64,000 bases of DNA from an uncultured Lachnospiraceae bacterium (lineage in GTDB: Bacteria; Bacillota; Clostridia; Lachnospirales; Lachnospiraceae): positions 9,367 through 73,366 of the forward strand of contig CANQWV010000001.1 of assembly GCA_947627645.1 (NCBI GenBank). The letters are read 5' to 3'. Below the pieces are notes generated by a model that saw only the letters and a list, made by a program, of their open reading frames with translations, was not told where the DNA came from and made no database searches. How positions within the stretch are numbered: the first letter of the stretch is position 1; each line of letters starts with the position of its first letter. The position numbers and the translations under genes were made by a program. Shown here in pieces: positions 1-9,454 of the stretch.

Positions 1-678
1 ATAACCGTAGACGTCTCCGCCCAGCGCAACCTTCATCCAGTCGCCGTCATACTCCACAACCTCAAGCTCATCCGTGCTGTAGACTGTTCCGATCTCTGCC
101 GCTTCCTCACTCGGATCCGCACGGACAATCAGCGCGTCCGCGTACACGGTAGCAACATTGTATGCAACTTCCTCGGCGATCTCCTGCGCCGCCTGCCCTG
201 TTGCAAAATATTCTGCCTTCACATAGCCGGTCGCGTTTCCGGACTGCACCTCGTACCAGTCGCCAACCTGGCTCAGAATCGTAACCGAATTGTTATTGTA
301 TACCTTGCCGACCACCTCGCTGTCGATGTCGGCGCCGCTTCTGATATTGATATATTCGTCGCACTGTGCAAAAGCCATCTCCCCGCTCATGCTTGTGTCG
401 ACAACCGGCTCTGTCTCCGGTTCCGTCTCCGGTGCTTCCGTCTCAACCGCCTCGGTCTCCGCCAGGGCGGCTGCCTCCGGGATCACCTCCGGCTGTGTAT
501 CTGTCCCCTCCAGTTCCAAAGCCGCGGCCTCTCCGTTATCCACTATTTCCGCATTGACAGATCGCTTGCTCCCAAAGCCCTCCAGCGCTATATCCGCAAG
601 CGCGACCGTACTCATTCCTGAGAACGTCATCCCGGCTGCCAAAGCACACGCGGTAGCTTTCCATACTCCTTTTCTCAT
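1..678 (-). CDS. Secreted SH3b-domain protein, probably a cell-wall hydrolase (runs off the left edge)
   Basis: Manual translation from ATG 678 (GGAGG RBS upstream): signal peptide MRKGVWKATACALAAG..., acidic linker, then two SH3b-like repeats (YINIRSGADIDSEVVGKVYNNNSVTIL...GDWYEV; LIVRADPSEEAAEIGTV...GDWMKV). Confidence 0.8.
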   Translation of the reverse strand, partial: MRKGVWKATACALAAGMTFSGMSTVALADIALEGFGSKRSVNAEIVDNGEAAALELEGTDTQPEVIPEAAALAETEAVETEAPETEPETEPVVDTSMSGEMAFAQCDEYINIRSGADIDSEVVGKVYNNNSVTILSQVGDWYEVQSGNATGYVKAEYFATGQAAQEIAEEVAYNVATVYADALIVRADPSEEAAEIGTVYSTDELEVVEYDGDWMKVALGGDVYGY

Positions 679-931
679 TACTTATCCCTTCCTCCAAAAC
701 AATCCTTTCGTAGTTATTACGAATTTGTTACATTTTTGATGCCCATATCATAACAAATGTAAACTCCTGTGTCAAGCATTTTAAATAAATTTTTAATTTT
801 TTTATAAAAAAGTTTTCTGAACAGACATCAAGCCACAGACAATAACCTCCAAAAAAGAGGTACGCACCTGCATCTACAGGTATGTCTGTGGCTTGCATAA
901 CAAAAAAGTTTTTCTTTTCTCCTTGAAAAGC

Positions 932-1852
932 TTACAGCGTATTCAGATACGACTGAACCGAAGTAAGCGCATTTGCGCCGTCAGAAACCGCCGTCACAAT
1001 CTGCCGCAGCTGCTTGGTCCTCACGTCTCCGGCAGCAAAGATTCCCGGGACATTCGTCTTTCCATCCTCATTCGCAATAATGTAACCATTTTCATCAAGT
1101 TGTAATAAATTTGTAAAGACTCCAGTGTTTGGCACAGTTCCAACTGCAATAAACAGACCGTCCACGTCCAGCACCCGCTCTGTTCCCGTCTGCTTATCCC
1201 TCAGCTTCAGGCACTCCAGATGATCATCGCCCTCGATACCGATCACCTCAGTGTTCCAGAGAAATTCCACATTCTCACATTTCTTCAGTTGCTCCTGAAG
1301 AATAGCCGCTGCCCTCAGCTCATCTCTTCTGTGAATCAGGTACACTGTCGAGCAGCCGCGTGCCAAAAACAGCGCATCCTCCACAGCAACGTCCCCGCCG
1401 CCGACCACCGCCACCGCTCTTCCCTTGAAAAACGCTCCGTCACAGGTCGCACAATACGAAACGCCCATGCCGGTCAGCGCGGTCTCTCCAGGCAGCCCGA
1501 GCATCCGATGCTTTGCGCCCATCGCAAGGATCAGCGTATATGCCCGGTACTCCTCTGCATCCGTGTAGATTACCTTAACTCGTCCTTCATCCTCAAGACC
1601 AATATGTCGCACTTCTATATTAAGGAAATTCGCCCCCAGCTTCTCTGCGTGTTCCCGAAACTTCATCCCCAGCTCAAACCCGCCGATCTCCGGCAGGCCC
1701 GGATAATTGTCCACCTCATACGTATTCACGACCTGTCCGCCGCTCATGTACTCCTTCTCAAGCACAAGCGTGGACAACCTTGCCCTCTGCGCATAAATCG
1801 CCGCCGCCAGCCCGGCAGGCCCGGAACCGACGATAATCAGATCATAGATCAT
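932..1852 (-). CDS. trxB: Thioredoxin-disulfide reductase
   Basis: GSGPAG FAD motif, CATCDG active site, VVGGGD NADPH motif, GIFAAGD; 306 aa. Confidence 0.96.
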   Translation of the reverse strand: MIYDLIIVGSGPAGLAAAIYAQRARLSTLVLEKEYMSGGQVVNTYEVDNYPGLPEIGGFELGMKFREHAEKLGANFLNIEVRHIGLEDEGRVKVIYTDAEEYRAYTLILAMGAKHRMLGLPGETALTGMGVSYCATCDGAFFKGRAVAVVGGGDVAVEDALFLARGCSTVYLIHRRDELRAAAILQEQLKKCENVEFLWNTEVIGIEGDDHLECLKLRDKQTGTERVLDVDGLFIAVGTVPNTGVFTNLLQLDENGYIIANEDGKTNVPGIFAAGDVRTKQLRQIVTAVSDGANALTSVQSYLNTL

Positions 1853-2004
1853 AGCTTCCCTCCTTTATTAGATTCCTATTTCGTGCACATCGTGTTTTAT
1901 TCCCAATGGTTACCCGGACGTCCTGTGAGAACGTCAGATATTCAGGTATTCATGTACATGAAATATGATTTCAGTATACCAAAAAATGTTTTGTTTGAAA
2001 AGGT

Positions 2005-2033
2005 TTGACAAGTGCAAATTTGTCTGCTATAGT
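2005..2033 (+). promoter_or_regulatory. Sigma-A promoter of the perR-rbr cluster
   Basis: TTGACA-17 bp-TATAGT with extended -10 TG. It is followed by the AT-rich AATAACAATTACT, which resembles a Fur/PerR operator. Confidence 0.7.
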
Positions 2034-2079
2034 TATGGAAACAATAACAATTACTGATTTTGAGACAAAGGAGGCCGCC

Positions 2080-2481
2080 ATGCCTGCATTGAAATACAGC
2101 AGACAGCGCGAGGCCATCAGACACTTTCTGATGACCCGCCGGGACCATCCCACCGCAGAGACCGTCTACACCTGCCTGCGCGAGGAATTCCCGAACATCA
2201 GCCTCGGCACCGTTTACCGCAATCTCACGCTTCTCGCGGATCTTGGGGAGATTCAGCGGATCTCTTCCGACGGCGGCGCAGAGCATTTCGACGGAGACCT
2301 CACGCCGCACCAGCACTTTATCTGTTCCCGCTGCCACAGGATCTATGACATCCGCATCGGGGGAATTGGTTTGCTGCTTGATGGTGCGAAAAAGGCCGCT
2401 CCCGGCAGGATCGAGTCCTGCCGCCTGAATTTCTACGGTGTCTGCGAGCAGTGCGCCCGTTCCTCAAAAGATTCTCAGTAA
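2080..2481 (+). CDS. perR: Fur-family repressor, PerR-like
   Basis: HPTAE, SLGTVYRNL, HQHFICxxC and C-terminal CxxC; AGGAGG RBS before ATG 2080; lies next to rubrerythrin and trxB. Confidence 0.8.
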   Translation: MPALKYSRQREAIRHFLMTRRDHPTAETVYTCLREEFPNISLGTVYRNLTLLADLGEIQRISSDGGAEHFDGDLTPHQHFICSRCHRIYDIRIGGIGLLLDGAKKAAPGRIESCRLNFYGVCEQCARSSKDSQ

Positions 2482-2629
2482 TTTTATTTTGAAGCCTCTC
2501 AATTTTCCGGCCCCGAGGAGCCTTGAGCTCGCAGGCTCCCTGAATTCCGGGATTGCCGGGCTTTCAGATTTCCAATCGGTTTTAATGAAAATTAAAATAA
2601 ATATAATTTAAAGAAAAGGAGAGTTTATT

Positions 2630-3172
2630 ATGGCAAAGTATGTATGTAAGGTTTGTGGCTACGTTCACGAGGGAGATTCCGCACCGGAGCAGTGCCCGAT
2701 CTGCAAGGCGCCGGCAGAGAAGTTCGAGCTGATGCAGGAAGGCATCACCTGGGCTTGTGAGCACGAGGTTGGCATCACCGCTGGCGTCAGCGAAGAGATC
2801 ATTGCTGGTCTGAGAGCAAACTTTGAGGGCGAGTGCACCGAGGTTGGTATGTATCTGGCGATGGCAAGAGTCGCGCACAGAGAGGGCTACCCGGAGATCG
2901 GCCTGTACTGGGAGAAGGCTGCCTACGAGGAAGCTGAGCACGCCGCGAAGTTCGCGGAGATCCTCGGCGAGGTTGTTACCCCGAGCACCAAGAAGAACCT
3001 TGAGATGCGTGTGGCTGCTGAGAACGGCGCTACCGCGGGCAAGCTCGAGCTGGCGAAGATGGCGAAGGCTGCAAACCTCGACGCAATCCACGACACCGTT
3101 CACGAGATGGCAAAGGACGAGGCGAGACACGGCAAGGCGTTCAAGGGCCTGCTTGACAGATACTTCGGCTAA
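2630..3172 (+). CDS. rbr: Reverse rubrerythrin (NADH peroxidase)
   Basis: N-terminal rubredoxin domain (CKVC...CPIC) followed by a ferritin-like domain with EAEH and EARH di-iron motifs. Confidence 0.92.
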   Translation: MAKYVCKVCGYVHEGDSAPEQCPICKAPAEKFELMQEGITWACEHEVGITAGVSEEIIAGLRANFEGECTEVGMYLAMARVAHREGYPEIGLYWEKAAYEEAEHAAKFAEILGEVVTPSTKKNLEMRVAAENGATAGKLELAKMAKAANLDAIHDTVHEMAKDEARHGKAFKGLLDRYFG

Positions 3173-3184
3173 GCCAATAGAACA

Positions 3185-3239
3185 AAAGAAAGGGTATGCA
3201 CCGGAAGAGTCCGCTCTTCCGGCTAGATAACCTTTCTTT
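3185..3239 (+). terminator. Long stem-loop after rbr (terminator/attenuator-like)
   Basis: AAGAAAGG...CCGGAAGAG-TCCG-CTCTTCCGG...CCTTTCTTT inverted repeat. Confidence 0.55.
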
Positions 3240-3260
3240 ATTAATCAGGAGGATATCACT

Positions 3261-3590
3261 ATGAAAATCAGATTAGACAAGGCAATCGCTGAATTCATTC
3301 CGGAGAATCCGGCGGAGACCGCCGAGCTGCAGGCCCTCTGGGTGAGAATGGGCAACTGCGTCGGCAACAACAAGAGCCTGGAGCCGATCGGCATCTATGT
3401 TCCGTCGGAGAAAAATGTCGCACAGTTCCACATCAGCGGGCTGACCCCGGAGGAAGAGAAAGCCGTTCCGGAGTTCATCGCTCCGTACGATACTGACGTG
3501 TACTGCTCCACCTGCAACAAGACCGTTCATGTGAAGAAGGGCGAGCAGATTCCGATCTGCTGCGGCAAGCTGATGGAGATCCTGGACTGA
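3261..3590 (+). CDS. Small protein with a C-terminal desulforedoxin-like metal-binding domain
   Basis: AGGAGG RBS; C-terminus YCSTCNK...IPICCGKLME matches the CxxC...CCG desulforedoxin pattern. Confidence 0.75.
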   Translation: MKIRLDKAIAEFIPENPAETAELQALWVRMGNCVGNNKSLEPIGIYVPSEKNVAQFHISGLTPEEEKAVPEFIAPYDTDVYCSTCNKTVHVKKGEQIPICCGKLMEILD

Positions 3591-3607
3591 GTAAGTGAAG
3601 GAATTAC

Positions 3608-3667
3608 GGGGCGCTGTGCGCCGGTGGCTCACGTTAAGCGCCGACCGAAACGGAGTGAAGACGCCCC
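3608..3667. repeat. Short GC-rich REP/MITE-like element
   Basis: Bounded by GGGGCG/CGCCCC inverted ends with an internal CCGGTGGC...AGCGCCGACCGAAACGGAGTGAAGAC core; intergenic; single copy in the window. Confidence 0.35.
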
Positions 3668-3701
3668 AGGGGTATATCATTTGCAGCAAACTACTCTACA
3701 G

Positions 3702-3742
3702 AAAAAGCGCTCCGCCGGTTCATCCCGGCCGGGCGCTTTTTT
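3702..3742. terminator. Bidirectional intrinsic terminator
   Basis: AAAAAGCGC...GCGCTTTTTT hairpin between convergent genes. Confidence 0.75.
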
Positions 3743-3940
3743 CTTCGCTCTTTTCTTCCTTTCACTTTATTCTCCGCTTATGTCTTCGTGCCCGCATTTT
3801 CCCGCGGCTCTGCCTGCCCTTTTCTGTCGTCTGCAGGCCGGCAGAAACCGCCCGCACAGCCAGCCGCATCAGCCCTAAATGTATATGGCCCGTCCATCCA
3901 TACCGCTGCAATCGCCTGTCGAAGCCGTCCGCAATCCGGC

Positions 3941-6900
3941 TCACAGCCCGGTATCGATTGCAATCTGGCTCCCGTTCCTGCCTTTTTTGATCCGGATCTG
4001 CTGCGGGATGTTCTCCATCAACTCCTCCCGATGGCTGATGATGCCGACCAGCTTGTTCTTTCCGGACAGATTGATCAGGATGTCCATCGCGCTTTCGATT
4101 GATTTCCGGTCCAGCGTGCCGAAGCCCTCGTCGACAAACAGCGCGTCCATCTGGATTCCGCCGAGATTCGACGAAACCGTGTCCGAAAGCCCCAGCGCGA
4201 GACTTAAGGAAGCCTTGAAGCTCTCGCCGCCGGACAGGCTGCTCACCGGCCTTCTGTGCCCTGTAAAGTTGTCGAGCACCTCCAGGTCAAGGAAGGTATT
4301 GCTCCTCTTTCCGAGGGAATCCTCCTGCCGGAACAGCTCATACTGGCCCTCGCTCATCGGATACAGCCTGCGGTTCGCCGCCGCGATAATGGCGTCAAAC
4401 CCCGCGGCCTGAATGTACTGCTCGAGCGTGATCTTGCCCTTTCCGGTCATGCCCTTCACCAGATTATACAGCCGCTGGCAGATCGCGTGATCCTTTCGGT
4501 ACTGCTCCAGCTTTGGCTTCAGCTCAGAAATATTGCGGTATCTGTCCTGATTGTTCTGAAGCCTGTAGCCAAGCTCGTTTTTCTGCTGCCGGAGCAGATT
4601 GACCTTCGCCTCCTGCCTGGCGATCTCCTCCTGGATCCCAGCGATATCAACCAGAGTCCTGTCCTTCGCGTCAGCCTCCGCCTTCTTCAACTGCTCCGCA
4701 TTCGTATGTACCGCCTGTTCGTACTGCCGGATGACCTGTTCCTGTTCTGTGATCTGCCTTTCTGTCGCAACACAGGCAAGGAACGAACCCACGTCAGCAA
4801 AAGCTTTCTCTTTCAGAATCCGGCAAAATGTTTCCTGAAGCTCTGCCTCCCCCCGCTGTTGTCTCCCATGCGTCTCCCTCAGGGTATCCAGCGTGGCTTT
4901 GAATCCCGCCTCTGCCTTTTCCGCCTCTGTTTTTTCCTCCATCGCGTCTGCAATTTTCCTGTTGAGCCTATCCGCCTCCGCCTGGAGCCTGTCCCGCACA
5001 GCGCGCGCCGCGTCCCAGCTGTCAAAGCGCAGCTCTGATAAAGGCTTAAGCTCCGTATTTTTTTCCGTGAAAGCCGTCAGGTTTTCCTGCCTGCGCACGG
5101 CAAGAGCCTTTGCCTGCTCCTCCAGAGCCTCTGTCTCTTCTCCTCTGGCCTTTGTCAGCTTATTCTGTGCATCCTTCCGTGCCTTACATTCTTTTTCCGC
5201 GGCTTTTTCTTCCTGTACATTCACAGAGATCTGCTTCCGGACTCTCTCCCCAAGCTCGACAGCCAGAGTGCACAATTCCTCAAGCAATATACCCTCGGAG
5301 CCTGCTCCCATTGAAGGTATGACCCCGGAATCTGTCGCGGCTGAAACTCTGCCGCTATAGTCAGTCCCCGTCAGGTTCCCATTCTTCAGGCATTCCAGAA
5401 TATCGGCTTTCAGCTGTCTTTCCAACGCTTCAAGTCCGGTTTTACTTTTTTCCACGCGGATCAGTGCCTTATTCTTGTCCTGCTCCGCCTTCTTCTCTGC
5501 ATCCTGAAGCTTCTTATAGGTATCCTCAGAGACGGATTGCGCCGGCAGGCTGGCGAGCTTCGGATGATGAACCGAGCCGCAGACCGGACACTCCTCGCCC
5601 TCTGACAGATCCTGCGCCAGGATTCCGGCGCGGCATCTCTCCAGAATGTATTCCGCCTTAAGCCTCTCTTTCGAGGCGCTCCCATATTTCTCCTGCTTTT
5701 TCTCAAAATCCTGCTGCTGCTCTTCCAGAAGCTTCTTTTTTCCGTCGTGCTCCGGAATTCCGGCATTTACAACCGCATCGATTTTTTCCTTGCAGGCGTT
5801 CAGCCTCTCTGTGTCGTTTCTGATCCTGTCCAGCTTCTTCTGAGCTTCCTCCAGCCCCTGAGCCTCCTGCTCCAGAACGCCGATCCTGCGCTTCAGCTCC
5901 TTCTGTCTCTCTTCCAGCTGACGTTCCTCTTCCTCAAGCAACCCTCTCGACTGCTCCAGTTCACTGATCTGAAGGACCAAGGCAGCTCTTCGTTCGTACT
6001 TTTCTTTTTCCTCGTTGAGCTTGCGGATCTGATTTTTCCATTCCTCCACTTTGGGCTCTTCTTTCCGGCTTTCCTCCGCCGCTGCCTCCGCCCTTTTTAC
6101 CCGCTCCTTCGCCTGCTGAAAAAGCTCCTCGTTTTCCCCTATTCTGCTTTTGGTGAGCGCCGCTTCCGCCTTTTTCTTCTCCCACTGGTCATAGGCAGGC
6201 TTGACCTCCCGGGTTGCCGTCTTCTCGCGCTCCACACGCCTGCGGCGTTCTTCGATCTCTGTCCCGCGCTCTTTGAGCTTCTGCTTTTCCCCTGACAATT
6301 CCTCGTAACGGTGAATAAACTCATTGTTGGTTTTCGCCGTCATCAGCGTCTTTTTCTTTTCTTCCAGAACGCCCTCTTCCGCTTCCGTCTCCCTGCTCCT
6401 GCTTTCCAGCTCCTGCCTGTCCGCCTCGATGATCCCGGACAAAACGCTGAGCGCTTCCCCCAGATTCCATACGCTGCGGCTCTCCTTCATCTTTGCCCGG
6501 ATCAGGGAAAGCTCCTCGCCCAGGCCGCTGCCTCCTTCTGCCGTCACGTCTCCGAAATACTGGATAATGCTGTCCTCCGTCCCCGTTTTCAGGCGGCAGG
6601 ACGCGTCCAGGCGTTCCTTCAGTTTGAACTCGATCTTCTGGTAGCCCTCCGTCTTAAATATTTTCCGGAGAATCTCCGTGCGCTCCTCCGTCTTCGCGTT
6701 CAGCAGGTGAAAGAACTCCCCCTGCGCGATCATCGCGATCTGCTTGAACTGTTTGACGTCGATGTGAAGCAGCTCCGCCACCGCCGCGTTCACCGAGCGG
6801 GAGCCTTCATAGAGCGGCTGTCCTTCGCAGTAGAATACCGCCTTTTCGTTCTTCGCGGTCATGCCCTCGCCGCGCTTCCTGGGCTTCTCGTAGGCCGGTT

Positions 6901-7186
6901 CCCGGTACACGCGATAGCTTTTCCCCTGATGGGAAAAGAAAAAATCGACATAGCTCTCCGTCCCATTTTGGGCGTATTCGCTGCGCAGGTGCCGGGTGTC
7001 GCGGTAAACCCCGCTGGTCTCTCCGTAAAGCGCATAGCAGATCGCGTCAAAAAGGGTGGTCTTGCCCGCGCCGGTATCCCCGGAGATCAGGAACAAGCCC
7101 TTTTCCGCGAACTGATCAAAGTCAATTGCCGGCATTGTGTCCGCATAAGGCCCAAAGGCGCTCACGATCAGTTTAATCGGTCTCAT
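3941..7186 (-). CDS. sbcC: SbcC (Rad50-like SMC ATPase)
   Basis: Walker A GDTGAGKT, Q-loop IAQGEF, long coiled coil with CPVCGS zinc hook, LSGGE signature, FVDEGFGTLD Walker B; start overlaps the end of sbcD. Confidence 0.93.
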   Translation of the reverse strand: MRPIKLIVSAFGPYADTMPAIDFDQFAEKGLFLISGDTGAGKTTLFDAICYALYGETSGVYRDTRHLRSEYAQNGTESYVDFFFSHQGKSYRVYREPAYEKPRKRGEGMTAKNEKAVFYCEGQPLYEGSRSVNAAVAELLHIDVKQFKQIAMIAQGEFFHLLNAKTEERTEILRKIFKTEGYQKIEFKLKERLDASCRLKTGTEDSIIQYFGDVTAEGGSGLGEELSLIRAKMKESRSVWNLGEALSVLSGIIEADRQELESRSRETEAEEGVLEEKKKTLMTAKTNNEFIHRYEELSGEKQKLKERGTEIEERRRRVEREKTATREVKPAYDQWEKKKAEAALTKSRIGENEELFQQAKERVKRAEAAAEESRKEEPKVEEWKNQIRKLNEEKEKYERRAALVLQISELEQSRGLLEEEERQLEERQKELKRRIGVLEQEAQGLEEAQKKLDRIRNDTERLNACKEKIDAVVNAGIPEHDGKKKLLEEQQQDFEKKQEKYGSASKERLKAEYILERCRAGILAQDLSEGEECPVCGSVHHPKLASLPAQSVSEDTYKKLQDAEKKAEQDKNKALIRVEKSKTGLEALERQLKADILECLKNGNLTGTDYSGRVSAATDSGVIPSMGAGSEGILLEELCTLAVELGERVRKQISVNVQEEKAAEKECKARKDAQNKLTKARGEETEALEEQAKALAVRRQENLTAFTEKNTELKPLSELRFDSWDAARAVRDRLQAEADRLNRKIADAMEEKTEAEKAEAGFKATLDTLRETHGRQQRGEAELQETFCRILKEKAFADVGSFLACVATERQITEQEQVIRQYEQAVHTNAEQLKKAEADAKDRTLVDIAGIQEEIARQEAKVNLLRQQKNELGYRLQNNQDRYRNISELKPKLEQYRKDHAICQRLYNLVKGMTGKGKITLEQYIQAAGFDAIIAAANRRLYPMSEGQYELFRQEDSLGKRSNTFLDLEVLDNFTGHRRPVSSLSGGESFKASLSLALGLSDTVSSNLGGIQMDALFVDEGFGTLDRKSIESAMDILINLSGKNKLVGIISHREELMENIPQQIRIKKGRNGSQIAIDTGL

Positions 7187-8330
7187 CCGCCACACCTGCC
7201 TCTCTCGCGATTTCATTCATAAGGCTGATTTCTTCCTCACTGATCTCACAGCCGTAGATCGAATGATAGAATTCAGAAAACAATTCAAAGAAAGTCTTGT
7301 CCTTCGTCACCTGCGAAAAATCCACCTGCCCCATCTCCCTGGTATGGGCGTTGTCATAATCAATTTTTACCGTGTTCGGATAATACTGCTGGAAGATTCC
7401 CATGGCGTCGCTGACCGTATCCTCATCCGTCAGAGTCGCATAGATAAAATCATCCGGGGCAGTGACATTCTCCTTCCTCAGCAGCTGTTCCAGCTTTCCT
7501 TTCAGGTGCCGCATATCCCGAAGCGGTTTCAAGGCCACAAGCTCAACAGAGACCTCGCCCTTTTCGCCCAATGTGACGAGCGGGAAGGACTTGTCGTTTT
7601 TCACCTCGCTCAGGGAATATTTCAGCGGGGAGCCGCAATAGCGGATCTCGTCTCTCCCCACCCGCTGCGGGGAATGGATATGCCCCAGAGCGACGTAGTC
7701 GAACGCCTGAAAACAATCCGCACTGATCTTTTCCACGAGGCCCACATTCAGAACTGCCGCGCTCTCAGAGCCTCCCAGCAGCGGCTCCTCTCCCTTTCCC
7801 GTCACAAACTGGTGGGCGACCAGAAGATTCCGCTCGCCCGGATCTATGTCCGTATGCTCCAGCACGACGCGGACCGCCTGGTCATAGGAACCGATCTCCT
7901 CCTCCGGAAAAAAGTGCCTCACCTGGGACGCCTTGACGAACGGAAGCAGATATACATTTACTTTCCCATGCTCGTCCTCCAGGACCTGCCGGTAAAGCGT
8001 CCCCTGGTATCTGGAGGAAATATACAGCCCGTTTGCCTCGAAAAGACTGCTGCCGAAATTCAGCCTCTCATCCGAATCGTGATTGCCGCTGATGACGAAC
8101 GTCTTTATCCTCCTGTCCGCCAGGCTGGAGATAAAGTAATCGAACAGGCTTACCGCCCCCTCGCTCGGGATCGGCTTGTCGTACACGTCCCCCGCGATCA
8201 GCACCGCGTCCACCGCCCGCTCACTGGCCGCCTCCAGAATCTGATCCAGAATAAATTTCTGATCCTCGATCAGACTGAACTCGCCCAGCGTTTTCCCGAT
8301 GTGCAGGTCGCCTAAATGTATCAGTCGCAT
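7173..8330 (-). CDS. sbcD: SbcD (Mre11-like nuclease)
   Basis: DLHIG, AGDVYD, SGNHDS, ALGHIH and YCGSPLKYS motifs. Confidence 0.95.
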   Translation of the reverse strand: MRLIHLGDLHIGKTLGEFSLIEDQKFILDQILEAASERAVDAVLIAGDVYDKPIPSEGAVSLFDYFISSLADRRIKTFVISGNHDSDERLNFGSSLFEANGLYISSRYQGTLYRQVLEDEHGKVNVYLLPFVKASQVRHFFPEEEIGSYDQAVRVVLEHTDIDPGERNLLVAHQFVTGKGEEPLLGGSESAAVLNVGLVEKISADCFQAFDYVALGHIHSPQRVGRDEIRYCGSPLKYSLSEVKNDKSFPLVTLGEKGEVSVELVALKPLRDMRHLKGKLEQLLRKENVTAPDDFIYATLTDEDTVSDAMGIFQQYYPNTVKIDYDNAHTREMGQVDFSQVTKDKTFFELFSEFYHSIYGCEISEEEISLMNEIAREAGVADETD

Positions 8331-8397
8331 CTGTAGTCTCCTTCCTGAAATCTGGTCAAAGCATAGCCTCTGCAGCTCTGGGTTCTCAGTGGTTCCC

Positions 8398-9453
8398 TTA
8401 TGAACCCAGCTTTTTTATTTCCTCCAATGTCAGCTGTGCCAGATGGGAAAGCTTATTCCTGGCTTCTTTATTCATTTTCAGCCTGTCATATTCCTTCTGG
8501 CTCAGGTTCAGCTTTCTTTCGTCCGCCATAAATTTCAGCGTGCCCAATTCGACGTCTGCCGGATTATCGTATATCTCCCCAAAAGAAGAGGAAATCGGAA
8601 GCTGCTTCTCTATCATCGCCGCATATTTCTGGACAAAGCTTTCCCTGTACTCCTCAAGCACAGGGTAGATCGTCCGGATCTGCGCCAGCCAGATCAGACG
8701 GTTCACCTCTGATTCCGGCTTTGCAAACCGGAACTCGCTTCCATCGCTGCGAACCTCTGAGGAAATGATCTTCCCGATCGTCCCGTACGGTTCCTCGAGG
8801 AAGTCCCGGCAGTGCCCGATGCACTGCGCGCACAGCTCTATATCGTTGTCCACGACATTTGCCGTCAGCTCTGTCAGGTAATTTTTAATGAAGGAGCTTT
8901 CCTTTACAGCGGACGCCGCCAGCGTACAGAATACGATGCGGTCATATTCATTTACGTAATCGTCAAAGCAGCAGATTTTAATACCCTTTTTCGGCAAAAC
9001 GCCGCCTTCTCCCTTCCATTCCAGAATGAACACCGCCGCGTCTTTATTCTTACCTCGCTCTTTCCGATATTCAGAAACAAACTTCATCCAGGAATTCAGC
9101 TGCTCCTTCGAAGACATTTTTATCCAGAAATATCTCTCATGAAGGACAATATCGTCGCTTTCGGCAAAAAACCTCGCGTACGACTTTGCCGGTCTGTATT
9201 CCGCGCGTTTTTCAGACTTGCAGAATTCCGCCAGCAAATACGCCCCCGGATCTTCCACATCCTTCGCACTTTCAAAACGCTTCGAGGAATTCTGCTGCAA
9301 TACGATTTCCTTGATGCTCTGTACCATATAAGAATACCAGGGAAATTCCTTTAAGCAGCTGAGCACAATGCTCTTCTCGTCCAGAAGGCTCTCCGTTATA
9401 TCTGACAAAAATGCCATGGCGTTTGGCACCCGTTCCCACCATACTCGTTCCAT
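8398..9453 (-). CDS. Hypothetical 351-aa protein; possible degenerate NTPase-like fold with a C-terminal HEPN-like RNxxxH motif
   Basis: ATG lies one base after the stop of the giant gene (TGA-T-ATG); alternative GTG start at 9462; ends ...EARNKLSHLAQL. The domain call is inference. Confidence 0.7.
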   Translation of the reverse strand: MERVWWERVPNAMAFLSDITESLLDEKSIVLSCLKEFPWYSYMVQSIKEIVLQQNSSKRFESAKDVEDPGAYLLAEFCKSEKRAEYRPAKSYARFFAESDDIVLHERYFWIKMSSKEQLNSWMKFVSEYRKERGKNKDAAVFILEWKGEGGVLPKKGIKICCFDDYVNEYDRIVFCTLAASAVKESSFIKNYLTELTANVVDNDIELCAQCIGHCRDFLEEPYGTIGKIISSEVRSDGSEFRFAKPESEVNRLIWLAQIRTIYPVLEEYRESFVQKYAAMIEKQLPISSSFGEIYDNPADVELGTLKFMADERKLNLSQKEYDRLKMNKEARNKLSHLAQLTLEEIKKLGS

Positions 9454-9454
9454 A

